DNA from: Eledone cirrhosa
Lineage: Eukaryota
Reading direction: 5' to 3'
NCBI GenBank assembly: GCA_964016885.1
Contig: OZ024740.1
Coordinates: 122,698,001-122,762,000, forward strand
Length of the DNA stretch: 64,000 nucleotides
Shown here: positions 37,570 through 52,400 of the stretch, piece by piece
How positions within the stretch are numbered: the stretch's first letter is position 1
Layout: each line of letters begins with the position of its first letter
Made by a program: the position numbers and the translations under genes
Notes under the pieces: generated by a model
The model's input: the letters and a program-made list of their open reading frames with translations, nothing else
Databases searched by the model: none
Told to the model about the DNA's origin: nothing

Positions 37570-38425
37570 TGAGTTAAAAATTCAGGGTAGTTCCTTACAA
37601 TTAAATAGCTCTAAGAAAAAAGCTTTTCTGAGCCGTACAATATAATTGAATAAACAAGAGAGATGAACACTAATATAAACATACATGTATTTTAATCGTA
37701 AGGACTAAAATTATGTGTTTGCGTTTTGTATTTGATGCTATGTGTATGTTGGTAGGTTATTTTCTTTAGATATATTTTTGTGGTGGACTTTACGTATGTA
37801 TGATTCTATGTTGGCTGCAGTAGAGTAAGATAGTTTTATAGTTTTTCTATTAAAGATTCTATGGTATTTATGTAGTTTAGGGAAGTGCTTGTCTATTAGC
37901 TTAAAGAATGTAGAAGGTTGTTTGGTTTTTATAGAGGAGTTGAATATCGGATTGAACCATAGTTTTTTTCTATCTCTGGATCTTCTATAGTTCTGAAGGG
38001 TCCCTATATTAGTGTTCGGTTCAGTTATTTTTGGTGCTCGTTGTCTAATTCTATGCTTAGTCCTATTCTTGTTATTTCTATAGGTGTGGGTAGTGTAGTT
38101 ATTGTTAGGTTTCTTGCTGCTGTCTCTATCTAGTATGTATTCCAGCCCCTCTTTATGTCCTGCCTTATGTAAAGCTATGTTATAATAGTTTGTGTTGCTC
38201 GTTAAAAATCTCTAGGTTAGAAGATAGGCGGGATATTCTGAGGGATATACTATGTGGTATGGAGTTAATTATGGATCGGGGGTAGTTTCAGTTATAACTA
38301 ATGTAGGCTAGAATCTCGTTATTTTTATGGAAGGGCTCTATTAATCGTGTGTTTAGGTTGAGTGTTACATCTAATAAGTTTGCTTTTTTTATGTTAAGTT
38401 CGAAAGTAATACCTAGGCCGAGTTT
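37570..38425 (-). mobile_element. Naiad-type PLE internal fragment
   Basis: Minus strand: ANLLDVTLNLNT...PFHKNN (late RT) and KLWFNPIFNSSIKTK...IDKHFP...IFNRKTIKLSYST. Confidence 0.8.
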
Positions 38426-38593
38426 ATATATATATATATATATATATATGCCTGACGTGTGTGTGTGTTTGTGCATGTCGATATATATTCAAAAATAAAT
38501 ATATATATCATATCTTCTACATTAAACTATCACATATATATATATATAATTCCATCTCACCCGTCCCCTATATCTATTTTATTTCTCATTCTT

Positions 38594-38626
38594 TCTTCTG
38601 ATGGTCTAGCGTCCGAAACGTTAAGA
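38594..38626 (+). ncRNA. Degenerate minimal hammerhead in a solo PLE-like 3' end (38545-38705)
   Basis: tctt-CTGATGG-tctagcgtcc-GAAA-c-GTT-aaga. Stem I tctt/aaga pairs; the core looks to have lost 1-2 nt. Confidence 0.5.
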
Positions 38627-38728
38627 CCCTCTCCACTGCTATATCAAGCTTTATCCTAATATATACTGTACCGATTGTGTTTTTTATTTGTTTCCCTTTT
38701 ACATACATCTATATATATATATATATAT

Positions 38729-39560
38729 ACGGAAAAAATGAAACAAAATTTCATTTCTCACTCTTAGTACGGCTGTTACTTAAATATAAGCATGTATACG
38801 CACATACATATATGTATACAGACATACAGTAGTATGTATATATATATACATACATGCTCACATATATATATAAATGTGTACGTATGGATTCACCGAACAC
38901 TTATTATAATGCTCGGTGTGTTTGTAAACAAACATCCCGAATTAAGCCGTACAGTGTCTAGTAACCATCGTTGCTCATTTGTTCAACACTGACAAAGGAA
39001 CGCTGTACTAGTTTCAAGCTTATTAGCTATCGTCAGCAACGTATACCTTCCTGCCAGATGGTTGAACGTCTGAAAGTATATACTTTGCTTATGCATATTA
39101 ACGGCTGAGCAGCCTAATTTGCATATCGAGTGAGTTAATCGGCCGGGGTACCGAAAACAATAAACGTAAAAAAATGAAACGAAATTTCATTTCTCACTCT
39201 TAGTACAGCTGTTACTTAAATATAAGTATGTATACGCACATACATATACAGACATACAGTATACAGACATACAGTTGTATGTCACATACATATACAGACA
39301 TACAGTAGTATGTATATATATACATACATGCACACATATATATATATATGTACGTATGGATTCACCGAACATTTATTATAATGCTCGGTGTGTTTGTAAA
39401 CAATCATCCCGAATTAAGCCGTACAGTTTCTAGCAACCATCGTTGCTCATTTGTTCAACCTTTTCAGTGTTGAACAAATGTGTGCATGTATGTATATATA
39501 TATACATACTACTGTATGTCTGTATACATATATGTATGTGCGTATACATACTTATATTTA
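38729..39560 (-). mobile_element. Retrozyme-like family A, third locus, with 5' inversion
   Basis: Reverse complement of the 16600-17478 units. 39464-39560 is inverted relative to the array. (TA)n on both sides. Confidence 0.85.
39000..39042 (-). ncRNA. Minimal hammerhead (family A), intact
   Basis: Minus strand: acgttg-CTGACGA-tagctaataagctt-GAAA-cta-GTA-cagcgt. Confidence 0.88.
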
Positions 39561-39609
39561 TATATATATATATATATAAATACACAGCCACACACACACA
39601 CACACACAC

Positions 39610-39656
<47 letters not shown>

Positions 39657-40126
39657 CGCATACACATAAATTGTATTTATGTTCACTTCTAATGTAAATT
39701 TTCTATGGAAACATTATTTTGTAAAGACTTCTTCTCCACAGGAACATACACATGTGCACACTCGCAAATGCACACATACACACACATACACACATATATA
39801 TTATTTGGATTTCTGTGTACATCGTTGTTTGACAACTGAATTTTTTAGTATGTTTACTGTGTATTGTTTGTAATATATTTTCTTGAGCAAATATTTTGTT
39901 TTTATTTCTTGTCATTGTCATAATTATTGTTTTGCAATATTTGTGTCAATAATTTATTTCCCATTGAACTTATATTGTTCGCTTATGGTACTTGTAGCAT
40001 ATTCATCATTTGTTGAATTCATACCGTTATGTCAATTGTTTTTCATATATGTTTGCTGCAAGATTTTTGTTTTCAAATCAAGATGTGTATCTGTATTTCA
40101 TGTTAATATGCTTATACATAATGGTA

Positions 40127-40360
40127 AAGGTGCGTGACCTAGTGGTAAGGGTATTGGACTTACGATCATTATGTTGCGGGTTCAATTTCTGGAGTGAGTT
40201 GTATGTTCTTGTGAAAAACACTTCATTTCACACTTTTGCTATATAATTTGCTTAAAATTAGTACAAGAAGTAGCTGGGGGTGATGGACAGATGTCCTTCC
40301 CAGGGTGGGAGTATTGTACTCCTAGTCACTTAACCTAGACTGATGAACCTCCACGCTTGA
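40127..40360 (+). mobile_element. Decayed tRNA/CORE-type SINE
   Basis: ggtgcgtgacctagtggtaaggg...gggttcaatttc...tgttcttgtgaaaaacacttcatttcac. Confidence 0.55.
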
Positions 40361-41868
40361 GATAGTTTTTAGACATATATATAATGCTTTCCGTGTCATT
40401 TAGGATATGGTATGTATGTAGTTCATACTTTTCTATCATTGTATGTTTGCTACCTTGGATCACATTCATTTAACTTTTGATTAGACATCAAAATTAAATG
40501 TATACAATGCTAAAGATCCAACCGAATGGAGCAACTGAAATCTCAGATGGGCCAGACCTTGCATGTCACTTACATATACATACTTTACTGACTGCCCTGT
40601 GTGCAATTTATTGTGGTATCTACAATAGGGCGTTGTCATATCTTTGACACAGCTGAAGATTTTTCTGGAATCTTTCTTTGGCAGGTTTTCTGTAGTTAGA
40701 TGCCCTATTGCCAACCACTTTATAGAGTGTTTCTGAAAGCATATACTGTGTAGATTAAAGGTTCTCAAAGGGGGGCATATGCCCCCCCCCCCCGGGGGGG
40801 GGGGGGGGGGGGCGTTTGGAGCACGGGGGAGTTAGGGGGTGTTTGAAGCTTTGAGGGGCGCTAGGGGGACACCGGAAGGCTATTTACATAGGTAAGTTTT
40901 ATAAGCTACATTTGTAGGCTCTGAGACAGCTATTGTAAATGCATTTGAATGAGGAAAACGAAGAAAATAAATAAAAGAAGCTTGTCAACGAATTCCCGAA
41001 GGGAGATAAAAGAAAAACGAAGGAAATTGAAGAAAATGAAAATAAAGACAACTTCAACTTTGACAACAGTTACTAGAACAACAGAAACGACAAGAAAAAT
41101 AAACAATGGTGATGAAAGGTGTGGGTGTATACATATACATACATGCAATCATACACACACATGCACACACATACATACATACATACATACATACATACAT
41201 ACATACATACATGGTGGCTGCCAACTCGTTTTCGAGTACGGCCAATACTTTATATCCATCTAGGAGAACCCCTACCGATGCGCTGAACGAATATGACTTT
41301 TTAGTCCAGCCAGCGACTTGAAAACTCTGGTACAAACACTACACCTGTGACAATTATTGACACATAGTGCTGGGCCCATGGTACCATGTAACGACAAGTG
41401 CAGAAAGATCTCCAGATATAAAGCAATGCCTGTGCCGTGAAGCTTTTATAGTGAGCAAAGGCACTGCACAAAGCCAGTCCCACTCCCTTAACCAAGATGA
41501 TATTTACCAAAAAGAAGAACAAGTCAACATCATTGGATACCATCAGGGTTGCAGGTGTTATATCAGAGTTTTCCTTCTCCTAGAATTCTGCCTTGACAAA
41601 GGCTAAGGGGTCATCTCTCCCGGTGATTTTGGATGGCCATTGACTCTTAAGAGCTCCTTTACCCTTTGACCTTTGACAGGTTTTGTTTTTAGTCCTGCAG
41701 GATGTCCAAAGCCACCCTCCTCACCAAGAAACCTTGGTGGGGTTGCCAGTTTAGTCGCCAACGACCCGACCATGAGACAGATTGTACTGGGATACATGTT
41801 ACCAGTAGCACCAACTGGTGACCTGACATACATACATACATACATACATACATACATACATACATACA

Positions 41869-41904
<36 letters not shown>

Positions 41905-42238
41905 CACACACAGGCCGGCGTTGGTGTTTGATGAGGTTGATTATCTGGTCAGCTTTTAGCCAGAGCTGTGGTATTTAATCTCCCTAGGTAATAAAATCTG
42001 CAGACAAAATTCTATCTTTAACAAAAAATATCACTCACGTGTCATCTTTACACACTTAAATAAAGTCCGTCGTATATATATACATATATATGACGGGCTT
42101 TATTTAAGTGTGTCTGTGTGTGTCTTTGCAATTGTGTCTGTGCTCCCACCAATGCTTGTTGATTTGTTGACGTCCCCATAACTTACCAAGGTGATGCTCA
42201 AGCATGGGCGTAGTCCAGAGACAGAAAAAAGTAAAGTC

Positions 42239-42277
<39 letters not shown>

Positions 42278-42379
42278 AGAAGAGGGGTCTTGAACTCAAG
42301 GACATAAAAGGGCCATTACGTCCTGGAGGAGAGGCACAGTGGGCCAAACGTGGTGGTAGGTGATGGTTTTTACCAGTTA

Positions 42380-42595
42380 TAATCATTTCTACTATAAGCA
42401 AAAGGCATACATTTAGGGTTTAGGGTCCCGTTGATTACATCGATCCCAGTTCACAACTGGTACTTAATTTATCGACCCCAAAAAGATGAAAGGCACAGTT
42501 GACATCAGCGGAATTTGAACTCGGAACGTAAAAACGGAAGAAGTACCGCTAAGCATTTCGCCAGACGTGCTAACGATTCAACCAGCTCACCGCCT
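42380..42595 (-). mobile_element. Nin-domain SINE
   Basis: Plus strand ctggtacttaatttatcgaccccaaaaagatgaaaggc...ggaatttgaactc...ccagctcaccgcc is the reverse complement of the SINE core and head. Confidence 0.85.
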
Positions 42596-42746
42596 TATTT
42601 CCACCGGTTATAATGGAATCTGAAATATTGGTTCTACCACGGGCCATAGAAAAGTAGTTCGCGGGCCGCATGTTTGGAGAGATAGATAGATAGATAGACG
42701 TGTACCAAGCACACACACGCACACATTTCTTTCTATCTCTGTCTCT

Positions 42747-42892
<146 letters not shown>

Positions 42893-45059
42893 GTTGTTAT
42901 TTGACGTTGTCGAAAAGAGCAGTGGCCTTTGACCTGGCAATAAAAACTGGAGACAGAATTCTTTCTGTCCTAAAAACAAGGCACACATACACACACTCTA
43001 GTTTGTATGTGTGTTCTACTGTACGTGCGTGTGTGTGTGTGTCTGTGTGTATCTATCTATGTATATATATAAGGGATACAGATATTTTTTGCTCACTGTC
43101 ACCAAGCATCTCAATTTATTCGTTGCAACTAAGTTTTTGATCGAGGCACTTTATTTTGCCAGGTACTATTTTTCCCTTGAGTTTGTGATTGAAGGGAAAA
43201 GTAAGAAATTCTTCATATTTTGCATCTTTTGTATTTTGACTTTACAGTTTTAATTGAATTGTCTATCCACTCAAAATATTACAACAGCTAACAGTGAAAT
43301 ATAGAATTTAAAAAAAAAAAGCTTTTTCGACTGAGATCAAATCTTTGAGAACATTCACGTCTATTTTTCAAAAATATATAATTTGAAATAGCTTTGGACT
43401 GAAACATTTTTGTATTTAATTCGTACGAGTATTTTTTAAAGATTTTTTTAAAGATTCTAACATAACTTGATTTGGCCCAGTAATCTACCGATACCAAAAT
43501 CAGTAGTATATTGAACTATGGAAAAATAGGGTAGGGGTTATTTCGTGATTTCGTGTGGCAAAATGGGGCCTTTGTCCGAAATGGGTTGAGAACCTTTGGT
43601 GTAGATTATTAACACTAGATGTGTTGTTGGACCCTTGACGCAGAAGAAGGGTTTTCACATCCCATTTTGGCATGGTTTCTACAGCTGGATGCCCTCCCTA
43701 TCATCAGCCACCTTACAATGTGCACCAGGCGTATTTTTGGAGGTGCCAGCATTATGGAGGCTCTTAAGTTGTAACTAAAGGTTCTTTCTTATCGTTTCTG
43801 GCATGGGCCTTATGGCATGATGTCCTTCCTTACTCCAACCATATTACAGAATGTGCTGAGTGTATTTTAAATTGGCACCAGTAGTAAGGAGGTTATTAGA
43901 CCTAGACTCTGCTGAAGGAACTTTTCTATCCATTGTGGAGAGGGTTGCAGGGTCAGATTAGGAAGTAAAAAGGATGATAAATATAACCTAGGTAAGTGTC
44001 AACAGGTAGAGCATGAGTGACATGTTTGTTGTCATGGGTGTTTGTCAGGTGCATGGGGTTTAACTGGTGATGTGGTACATAGAATGAAAGTGTGGTGAAG
44101 TTTGATAGGGTAAGGAATTGTGGGGCTGCAGTGGAAGTAGTTTCTAACGAGTGATGGTTTAGGAAGGGGGTTCAGATCACATCAAGTACCCATACCATTG
44201 TAGATTACTCTTTTGCTCACTGCATTGGACCCCGCTTGCACATCCACTGAAAAATGCTTGTTTCACTTCTCTCTAGCCTTTGTAAGTCTTCTGCAGTCAA
44301 GGTCCGTGTCCCACACCCATGTAGCATTGCTGGCATCATACAGTTTATCTTTCCCTCTAAAGAAGAATCCCTTTTTTGTGGGAAACGGTGTTAACTTGCT
44401 AAACTTATTCCAACTCATTCTTTCTCTGACTATCTCATTTTCAGAGCATCCCTACCCTAGGTAACAAAAACATTCAACAATCTCAGTTGGATTCCTTGCA
44501 AAATAGACTCTCTTTCCACCAATATACAGCATTCTGTCCTCTGCATTTCATTTCACTTGGTTCTAAATCATTCCAAATTCAAAGGAATTTTTATAAAAGA
44601 TATTTTTTATCGTTTTTATCTTCACAACGTGATTGTCACCAAATACATCATTATTATTATTGTTGTCATCTTTCCTTTTCAGGTTTGACCATCATTATCA
44701 TCATCTTCATGATCATCATCAGCGGCGGCACCATCAGGATTGTTGTCAACAATTATTCCCACCACCATTACTATTAATGTTGCTATAACCATAACAATTA
44801 TTACCCACATTATTATAGGGAAATAGACCATACCTTCATTATGGTTACTATTATTCTCTCTGTGATGTTGCCAACAGCATTATCCTCACTGTACATTTAC
44901 CATACCTCATCACATCTATCTTAAATATAATTATTATCATCATCAGCAGCAGCAGCAGCAGCAGAGGCAACAGCAGCAGCAGCAGTGTCATCCACCAGTC
45001 CATTATCACTATCACATGGACCAACACCAGCAACATTATCAACAACAGAACCTCCGAGA

Positions 45060-45640
45060 TGCTTTACAGCTTCCTTTGCTTCCCGTTTTTTCTTTTGATT
45101 TTTCAGGCTTATTTAACCCCCCCCCCCCTTCCCCATTTGCCTTCAATCTTTAATTTTATAATTTCATTTTCTATTTTTTTAAATTTTACTTTTATTTTCA
45201 TAATCAATTATATCTGCATATCTTGTTTTTTGTTTCTCAACTGTAAGAAGTACTAGATATTTCCCCTAGTGTTTCATGGCTTACCAGCTCTAAACAGGCT
45301 TTTAAATTGATTAGATATATAAATATGAAATGGAGCGACCCCAGTAGCATCAATATCACAACTAGTCAATCTTACTTCAAGATTCAGCATTGATACAGTC
45401 ACTAGTTCTTTCACTGTTTTCAACATTACAATTACCACCACTACCAACAAAGTACAATGTTGACCATTTATTTATTTAATCAATTTAAACGTTCCTATAG
45501 ACCTAGTATACTATGACAGAGTAGGGAAAGTATCTAGCACTTCTTAGTGTAGAGAAACATAAAAACAAGATATACAGAGATAAATGAATCGAAAAATTAA
45601 AATTACAATAAATAAATAAAATAAAACAAATTAAAATTAG
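45060..45640. repeat. Two oppositely oriented copies of an old interspersed repeat; a third copy spans ~60410-61050
   Basis: aagtatctag.actt...aagatatacagagataaatgaat occurs at ~45528 and ~60487. Its reverse complement is at ~45210-45265. Confidence 0.55.
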
Positions 45641-46036
45641 TACCACCACTAGAATCACCAACATCACCACTCATATCAACCTTACCTTTCCCACCTTCTC
45701 CAACACCCTCACTACCATTACTGCTGCTGCAGCCAATGAATAACTATCACCAGTACCCATATCGCAACCACCGCCACTACAACCGCCTCCACCACCATCA
45801 CCACCCATGTCAAACTTCCATTTCCTAAATATCAATTACATCGTTACTACCATCATTTTTTTTAAATATTATTTCTATTTTATAATTCTGATTATTATCC
45901 ATTCAATCAAAATTCTTTATTCTATTATTATAATTTTCTGCTATCCTCCTCTAATGCATTGCTGTTATCTTTATTTGTTTTGTTGTTGTTGTTTTTTCAA
46001 ATATTGAGATAAATGTATTGCATTTTATTATTATTA

Positions 46037-48013
46037 TAGAGAGGGTACGGTGTAAACCTGGCTTCGGTGGGGCACTAATCAATTTAGATCAATCGAAAGC
46101 ATTCGATAGGGTCGATCATCGGTATCTGGAGTTTGTCCTCAAAGCAACTGGCTTCGGCCCTGTCTTTAGAAGCTGGATCGTTACAATGCACAGTGGCACA
46201 CGCTCGGTGGTCAAGGTTAATGGCCACCTCTCGGAACCATTTCGGCTCTCCCGATCGGTCCGTCAAGGGTGCCATCTCTCTTCCCTTCTGTACGTATTGA
46301 CTCTCGAGCCTTTACTGCGGAAGCTGGAGCTGTTGCAGGGCATCCTGCTCGAACCGGGACGTGGAAAGGCGGTGTCGGCTTATGCGGACGACATCACCGT
46401 GATGGTGTCGAACACCTCAGAAATCGAGGTGGTCGGCACCTTATTGAAGGAATATGAAAGGTTGACAGGAGCCAAACTTAACCCGGAAAAGTCGGTGGGC
46501 TTGCAGCTCGGAACCTGGAGAAGCAGGCCCATGCCGTCCAACAGCGTCGTGGGGCGCTGGACGGACGGACCGGTAAAGTTGCTTGGGGTTTGGTTCGGAC
46601 CAGACCTCCAGGTGGAAAAGAATTGGGACGAGGTAACGAGCAGAGTAGCCAGTCTCACCCAAAAATGGGCTGGGAGGAAGCTATCACTGAAAGGTCGCGC
46701 GGAGGTGGCGAATGCGTACATCGCGTCCGTCATCTACTACCGCCTAACCGTCGTGCCTTGCCCCCGTCCGCGCCTCGTCAAGTTGGAACGGCTCCTCTTC
46801 AAATTATTGTGGAGGGGACAAGTTCCGTTGGTGAGGCGGTCCATCTGCTGCCAGCACCCTCTACGCGGAGGGCTGGGCATGTCGTGGCTAATGATGCGCA
46901 GACATGCGTTGAGGCTGCGACATCTCCAGATATTCTGCCTCAATGGTGAACAGGTGTGGTCGCCGTTTATCAGACGGCTCATTTCTTTGACTGAGCTGCA
47001 ATCCTGGGTCAAGAAGAGACCGAGACTGGGTGACTGGCACCTGGAATGTTGCCAGGCACTCACTGCCCTCTACCAAGCGGGCAATGCGATCAGTGGAACT
47101 TCCACTCTAGAGTTCTATAGGGGATTAGTGGTGGGCAAGTGCGATGACGCACTCGGAGAAGCTTTGGGCCTCGACGAAGTCGAACTCACCAGTCTGTACC
47201 GGAGGACTTTTGAGCTGGGGACGATGGACAATTTCCAGAAATCCCTCGCTTGGCAGTGCTACCGGGGGCACTGCCGGTTCGGGATAAACTCTACAGGCAC
47301 GGAAGTGCTTTCAGACGGACCTGCCCAAGATGCGCACAGAACGACGAAACCGTTCTGCACGCACTTGTCCAATGTCCGTGCATTACTGACTTGTGGAGTT
47401 ATGTCGAACAGCTACTGTCGCGTGTGGAACGAATCCGGCTATCGGCCGAGTCCATAGTGAAGATCGAGCCGCCACCTTCCTTAGGTCAAGAAGAGCAGGA
47501 AATTTTCCTCTGTCTGGTGGCAGTTGCGAAAGAGATTATATGGTGGACCAGGTTGAAAGGACTAAAGACAGACACTTTTCTCTTCGGCCAATCCCTCATC
47601 AACTTCTTCAAGTTTCACCTGGAAAGGAGGGTGAGGGTGGAGAGAGAAGAGCTGCGCCCCAGTACATTTGCTAAAAGGTGGGTGAATGTGGCGAGAATGG
47701 CTCGTGTGAATGGGCCTACTCTGACCATGCGCCTATAGGCTGGCTAACTTGAGGAGAGGGGTGCTCTCCTGGGTGCCCTAGAAGCGCAGGGTGGTTCAGG
47801 ATTGGTGGGGTACCTGAAGCACCCCAGGGTCGTACACCCCCTATCAGGGAATTTATTTTGTTATATTTATGCATAGTTTATTTTATATTTTATATTTTCA
47901 TTGTTAAATTAATCTTGCCATTGTGCACTTTTACTCGACCTTATTGTAAATCCCCACTGTCCCTGTCTTTGTATTGTCCCCTACATGTAGGCCCTTGTGG
48001 CTAATAAATGAAA

Positions 48014-48062
<49 letters not shown>
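46037..48062 (+). mobile_element. 5'-truncated Tx1/L1-clade LINE (RT C-terminal half plus CCHC)
   Basis: NLDQSKAFDRVDH, SVRQGCHLS, SAYADDIT, KLLGVWFG, GGLG, then after a frameshift CPRC...ETVLHALVQC. Stop at 47738, AATAAA at 48003, then (ATT)n. Confidence 0.93.
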
Positions 48063-48265
48063 CATTTCTTCGCTTACCTTCTAACGTTGGGGATGTAATG
48101 CAGTGATAGCTCTTCACTGCCAGTGAACTGATGTCATGCCTCTTATTTTTCGAGAACCCTCCAAAGTATTCGAGATGTTCCAAGCAATGCTGTTTTTTAT
48201 TAGTGTTCTATCCGTATTGCAATCTCTATTTGTTTGATGTACTTCTCTTATTATTAGTATGTGTA

Positions 48266-48669
48266 TTGGCAGTATCGGTAAAGGGTCGGATGTCATGCTT
48301 TGATGTATAGAGTTACGGCCCTTGCCATTCTGAGTTCAAATCCCGCTGAGGTTAACTTTGCTTTTCATCCTTACGGGGTCGATAAAATAAAGTACCAGTA
48401 ATGCACTGGGTAATTGCTAGCTTTGTGCCAAAAGTAGAAACAATTATTACCATTATTAAGGGCAGTGAATTGGCAGTATCGGTAGAGGGTTAGACGCCAT
48501 GCTTTCTTGCATAGTTACATCCCTTTACGGTCTGAGTTCAACTCCCGTTGAGGTTAACTTTGGCTTTCATCCTTACGGGGTCGATCAAATAAAGTACCAG
48601 TAATGCACTGGGATAATTGCTGACCTTGTGCCAAAAGTAGAAACAATTATTATTATTATTATTATTATA
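48266..48669 (+). mobile_element. Two tandem Nin-domain SINEs
   Basis: Units at ~48266-48455 and 48460-48669, same motifs as the 24946 copy. Confidence 0.88.
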
Positions 48670-49335
48670 GAGTCTCAGTCATTGATGTTAGTTAACTGGA
48701 AAGTTTGTTGAAATGAATATCAAGCCACTACCTGCAGCCTCAGATATTCAGGACGTATCAGAGGGTTCTTGCTGTTCCCAGCAAGCATGCCTTTTGAAGC
48801 GTTCCAAAAAGCGTGAAGGGGCCAATTTTCTTTAACCATCCCTGGAAACTTTTTGAGATAGTCCCTAGTGCGCCTATGACAATCGGGATCACTTTGACTT
48901 CATGGCAGCACCAAATCCTTTTTACCTCCCACTTTAAGTCCTGGTATCGGTTAATTTTCTCCCTCTCCTTCTCTTGCACTCTCGTGTCGAATGGGCAGGC
49001 CACATCCACAATCAGGCACGATTTTTTTTCCTTGTCCACAACCACCAGGTCAGGTCTATTGTGTTCAAGTTTCTTTTTCCTCTGTATCCTAAAATCCCAC
49101 AGCACCTTCACCTGATCGTTTTCTATCACCGCCTCTGGCTTATGCTCATACCACTTCTCAGAATGTGGTAAATTGCTTACTTTGCATAGGTGCCAGTGGA
49201 TCACCCTGCCCATCACATCATGTCTCCAGCCCTTATAGTGAGTCTGGGCTAGGTGTTTACACTCGGATACAATGTGAGTCACAGTCTCCTCTCTCTCTCT
49301 CCACAGATCCTGCACAGTGGACTAGCCTCCTCCTT
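48670..49335 (-). mobile_element. R4/Dong-like non-LTR element 3' fragment (CCHC plus restriction-like endonuclease)
   Basis: ORF 48758..49315: EETVTHIVSEC...RHD...IHW...VLWDFRIQ...HNRPDLVV...IVDVACPFD...EKINRYQDL...PIVIGALG. Bracketed by (ATT)n runs. Confidence 0.88.
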
Positions 49336-49352
49336 GTAAATATGGTGTTTCA

Positions 49353-49400
<48 letters not shown>

Positions 49401-49499
49401 GCCTGTCAGTCAGTAAATACGTGTTATTGGAGCTCCGCAAAAGTAGGAAATGTTCTGTTTATTTTCATTTATAATAATTGTGGTATACTTTCAAATGGG

Positions 49500-52400
49500 T
49501 CATAATACTTCCGTCTTTGCCCTGTGAACTTTTCGTATTTAAAAAAAAAATTTCTCAAATAATAAAAAAACATGGCTGAGCCGCGCCCCCAACTTTAAGT
49601 TTACTCTGTGTGTGACATCGACCTAAATGTGGAGAGGTGGGAAGCGGCAAATACAATGAATAATACTCCAAATACATTTAGCAACACCACCACAAACAGC
49701 ATGAAGAGCTGCAGCAGCAACACCAACACTGAGAGCAATAACATTAAAAGAAAAAATAATGACAATACCAACCACAGTAGTAACAGCTACAGCACCAACA
49801 GCAACAACATCAACTGCACCGAGAACAACAACAACTGCAACAGTGATAACAGCAACAACACAAACAAGAAAAACGACGACAACAACACCAACGACAACAA
49901 CAAGAACACCTTCGCTGCGGCAGCAGCCAAGAAAAGGCCATGCTTCAACATGGATTTGACAGACAAGGAGACAAAGTTGGCCCAGGCATGGAAACTCATC
50001 AAACAGGAGCAAACCTGGCCCAACTTAATTGTCCCGGCAGAGGCCATAGAAGCGGTGGAGAGGAGAACTCTGGTCTTCAGATGCATCTCAGCTAATGAAA
50101 AGAGCCACAAACTCTCCCCAAACAGAGTTCAAGGCTGGGCTGAGATGCATCAGAGGGGATACAGAGTACGAAGCGAGGCGTCATCAATACGGTACCATCT
50201 CGGTGCTATTTAAGTCGGAGGCCCTCGCTTTGAAGCACTCGACGACCCCTTGCAAAACCAGCAAGGTTATTATGTACCCCTCCCACATAGGAAAAAGAAC
50301 AATTAGAGTCCGCATTCCCAGGATTCCACCTGGACTAGATACGTGGTGGCTCTTCGGATGCACAATTGTGGAGGGGTCAGATACCGTCCGAATAGAGGTA
50401 ATCAGGACAGGAAGAGAGGACTGGTCAGGGTCTGGGGTTGGTCTGGAAAAGTATCTCCAGATCAAACCCGAAGAAATAAAACAAACATGCCGGAGTAGAT
50501 CCACCTCAAAAACAGGACGGCTCTACAAGTGATGTGTGAGGGCAAAAGGCCGCACTGTTTCAGTTGCGGCGAAAAAACACACTTGTGAACCTTCTGCCCT
50601 CAGCTGTTGAAAAATGTAAGGGGTCAAATGTCTCCACTGCTGCCGACGTCAGGGCCTTATTGCGAAATAACAATACCAACAATAAAATCTGCAGCAGCAA
50701 CACCAGCAGAACCAACAACAACTGCAAAGACAACCAAGACCATCCAGGGGCCACTCCAAAGAAGCTCTCCTGCGCCCTCCCTCGCGAACACACACACACA
50801 CACATTGAAATACACACCAATACATGCACTGCCACTTACATCTGACACAAATACAGAAACCTCTTCATCGCTAAGCAAAAATGAGGAGGAACACCAAAAG
50901 ACAAAAGAAGAAAAAAATAAAATACAAAAAGAAATCTCACACACCGACACAAACAGCAAACAAAAAAGACACATTCGCACCAAACACAGCCGCACATACT
51001 ACAACACCCACCACCGTAACAACACAACCGTCAACACAAACACCATATCTGCCAACAACACTACCACTAACACAAACAACTAAAAGAAAACACACACAGC
51101 AACAACTTACAACCACAACAACACCTAACTTCGTGTTAGTGAGGAAATTGAACACAAAAACACTGAACCTCATAATACGAAGTAAGGAAATAGAGAAAGA
51201 GGGGAGGCGTTTAACACCTGCACCTTCAAGGTGCCACAAACACTTTTTCTGGTGCAAATGGCACTAAGCAATTATAAAACAAATAGGAAGGGCTTCCCCA
51301 ACGACGTGGGAACACCCGGTGTAAAAACCTCAAGTAGGCTTTTACAGGGGTTCGCCAAAGAAACCCTACCAACTATGGAGGTCGAACCACCTGTCCTTCA
51401 CAAGAGTCCGGGAGGTAAGTAAAACTTTCCTCTCTCTTTTAGCCTGCCAACATGGCCATATTAAGAGTAGGATGTTTAAATGGTCGAGGTCTGGGATCGT
51501 CTTGGAAGCAGGGTTACCTGCTCAATGACTCCAGGTCTCTAGAAATGGATGTAATTGCCGTCAGCGAGACCAGGATTTCCGACACGCTTGCACTAGCCCC
51601 TATTTTCGACGACTATCAGATCTTCGCATCTGTTAGTCGGGGCCGGGAATGGTAGGTGGAGTGGCAGTGCTGTTTAGGAAAGCCCTGAATCTCGAGGTAA
51701 GGTCGATCTTCCAGGACTCGGATGGTAAGTTGGTGATCCTGGACGTGAACAATAGCGAAGGTGGTGCCGTTATACTGGTGGCCGTCTACGTCCCTACCGG
51801 GGCAGGACGGCCGGATTTCTTTAGACGCCTGGAAGCCTTTCTGGTTACGTCTCACCCTTTACTGATAGTGAGGAACTGGAACGGCATCTTAGATGCATGC
51901 TGGGACTGTGTGGGAGTATCCGATAGGAGCGGGGCATGAAAAAGCCTCAAGTACCTGATCAGCCAGCTCCAACTGACTGACAGGTACTGACTAGATTTCC
52001 TTAATGTGCCAGTGTGAACCTGGACAAATCGTTTAGGGACATCTGGATCGTACTTAGATAGGTTTCTAATTAGATTAGTGGATAAGGATAGTATAAGGTG
52101 TCCACAATTACATACGGTCGCCTATTCAGATCACAAGTTTGTAATCTGTATGGTCGACCTAGATAAGACGCATAGGTTAGGACCTGTTTACTGGAAGCTA
52201 AATATGTCATTTCCGGCACGTAAGGCTTACAGGGACCGGGTCAACAATTTAGTTAAGAAAAAGGTTGACAGGGGTAGTCGTCAACAATAGATGGTAGAGG
52301 GCTCTCAAAAGAGAGATTAGAGTAATGTTGATAGGGTTTTGCAAAGAAGTAGCATTATAGAAAAATAGAAAGGCGGGGAAGCTTGTAGATAGATTAGTGG

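Noticed and set aside
38280-38295. In-frame TGA in the Naiad-type fragment as a possible selenocysteine codon
   Set aside because: It falls at a position expected to be Ser in a copy with many other lesions, and no SECIS is evident.
40335-40365. CTGATGA motif
   Set aside because: It lies in a SINE 3' region with no GAAA or stem II.
40768-40870. C13/G19 run and G-rich tract (G-quadruplex or hairpin potential)
   Set aside because: Homopolymer-dominated and out of character with its surroundings; it may be low-quality sequence and no function can be supported.
41210-41990. GC-balanced segment between (TACA)n runs resembling LINE UTR or SINE pieces
   Set aside because: No diagnostic motif could be identified with confidence, so it is left unassigned.
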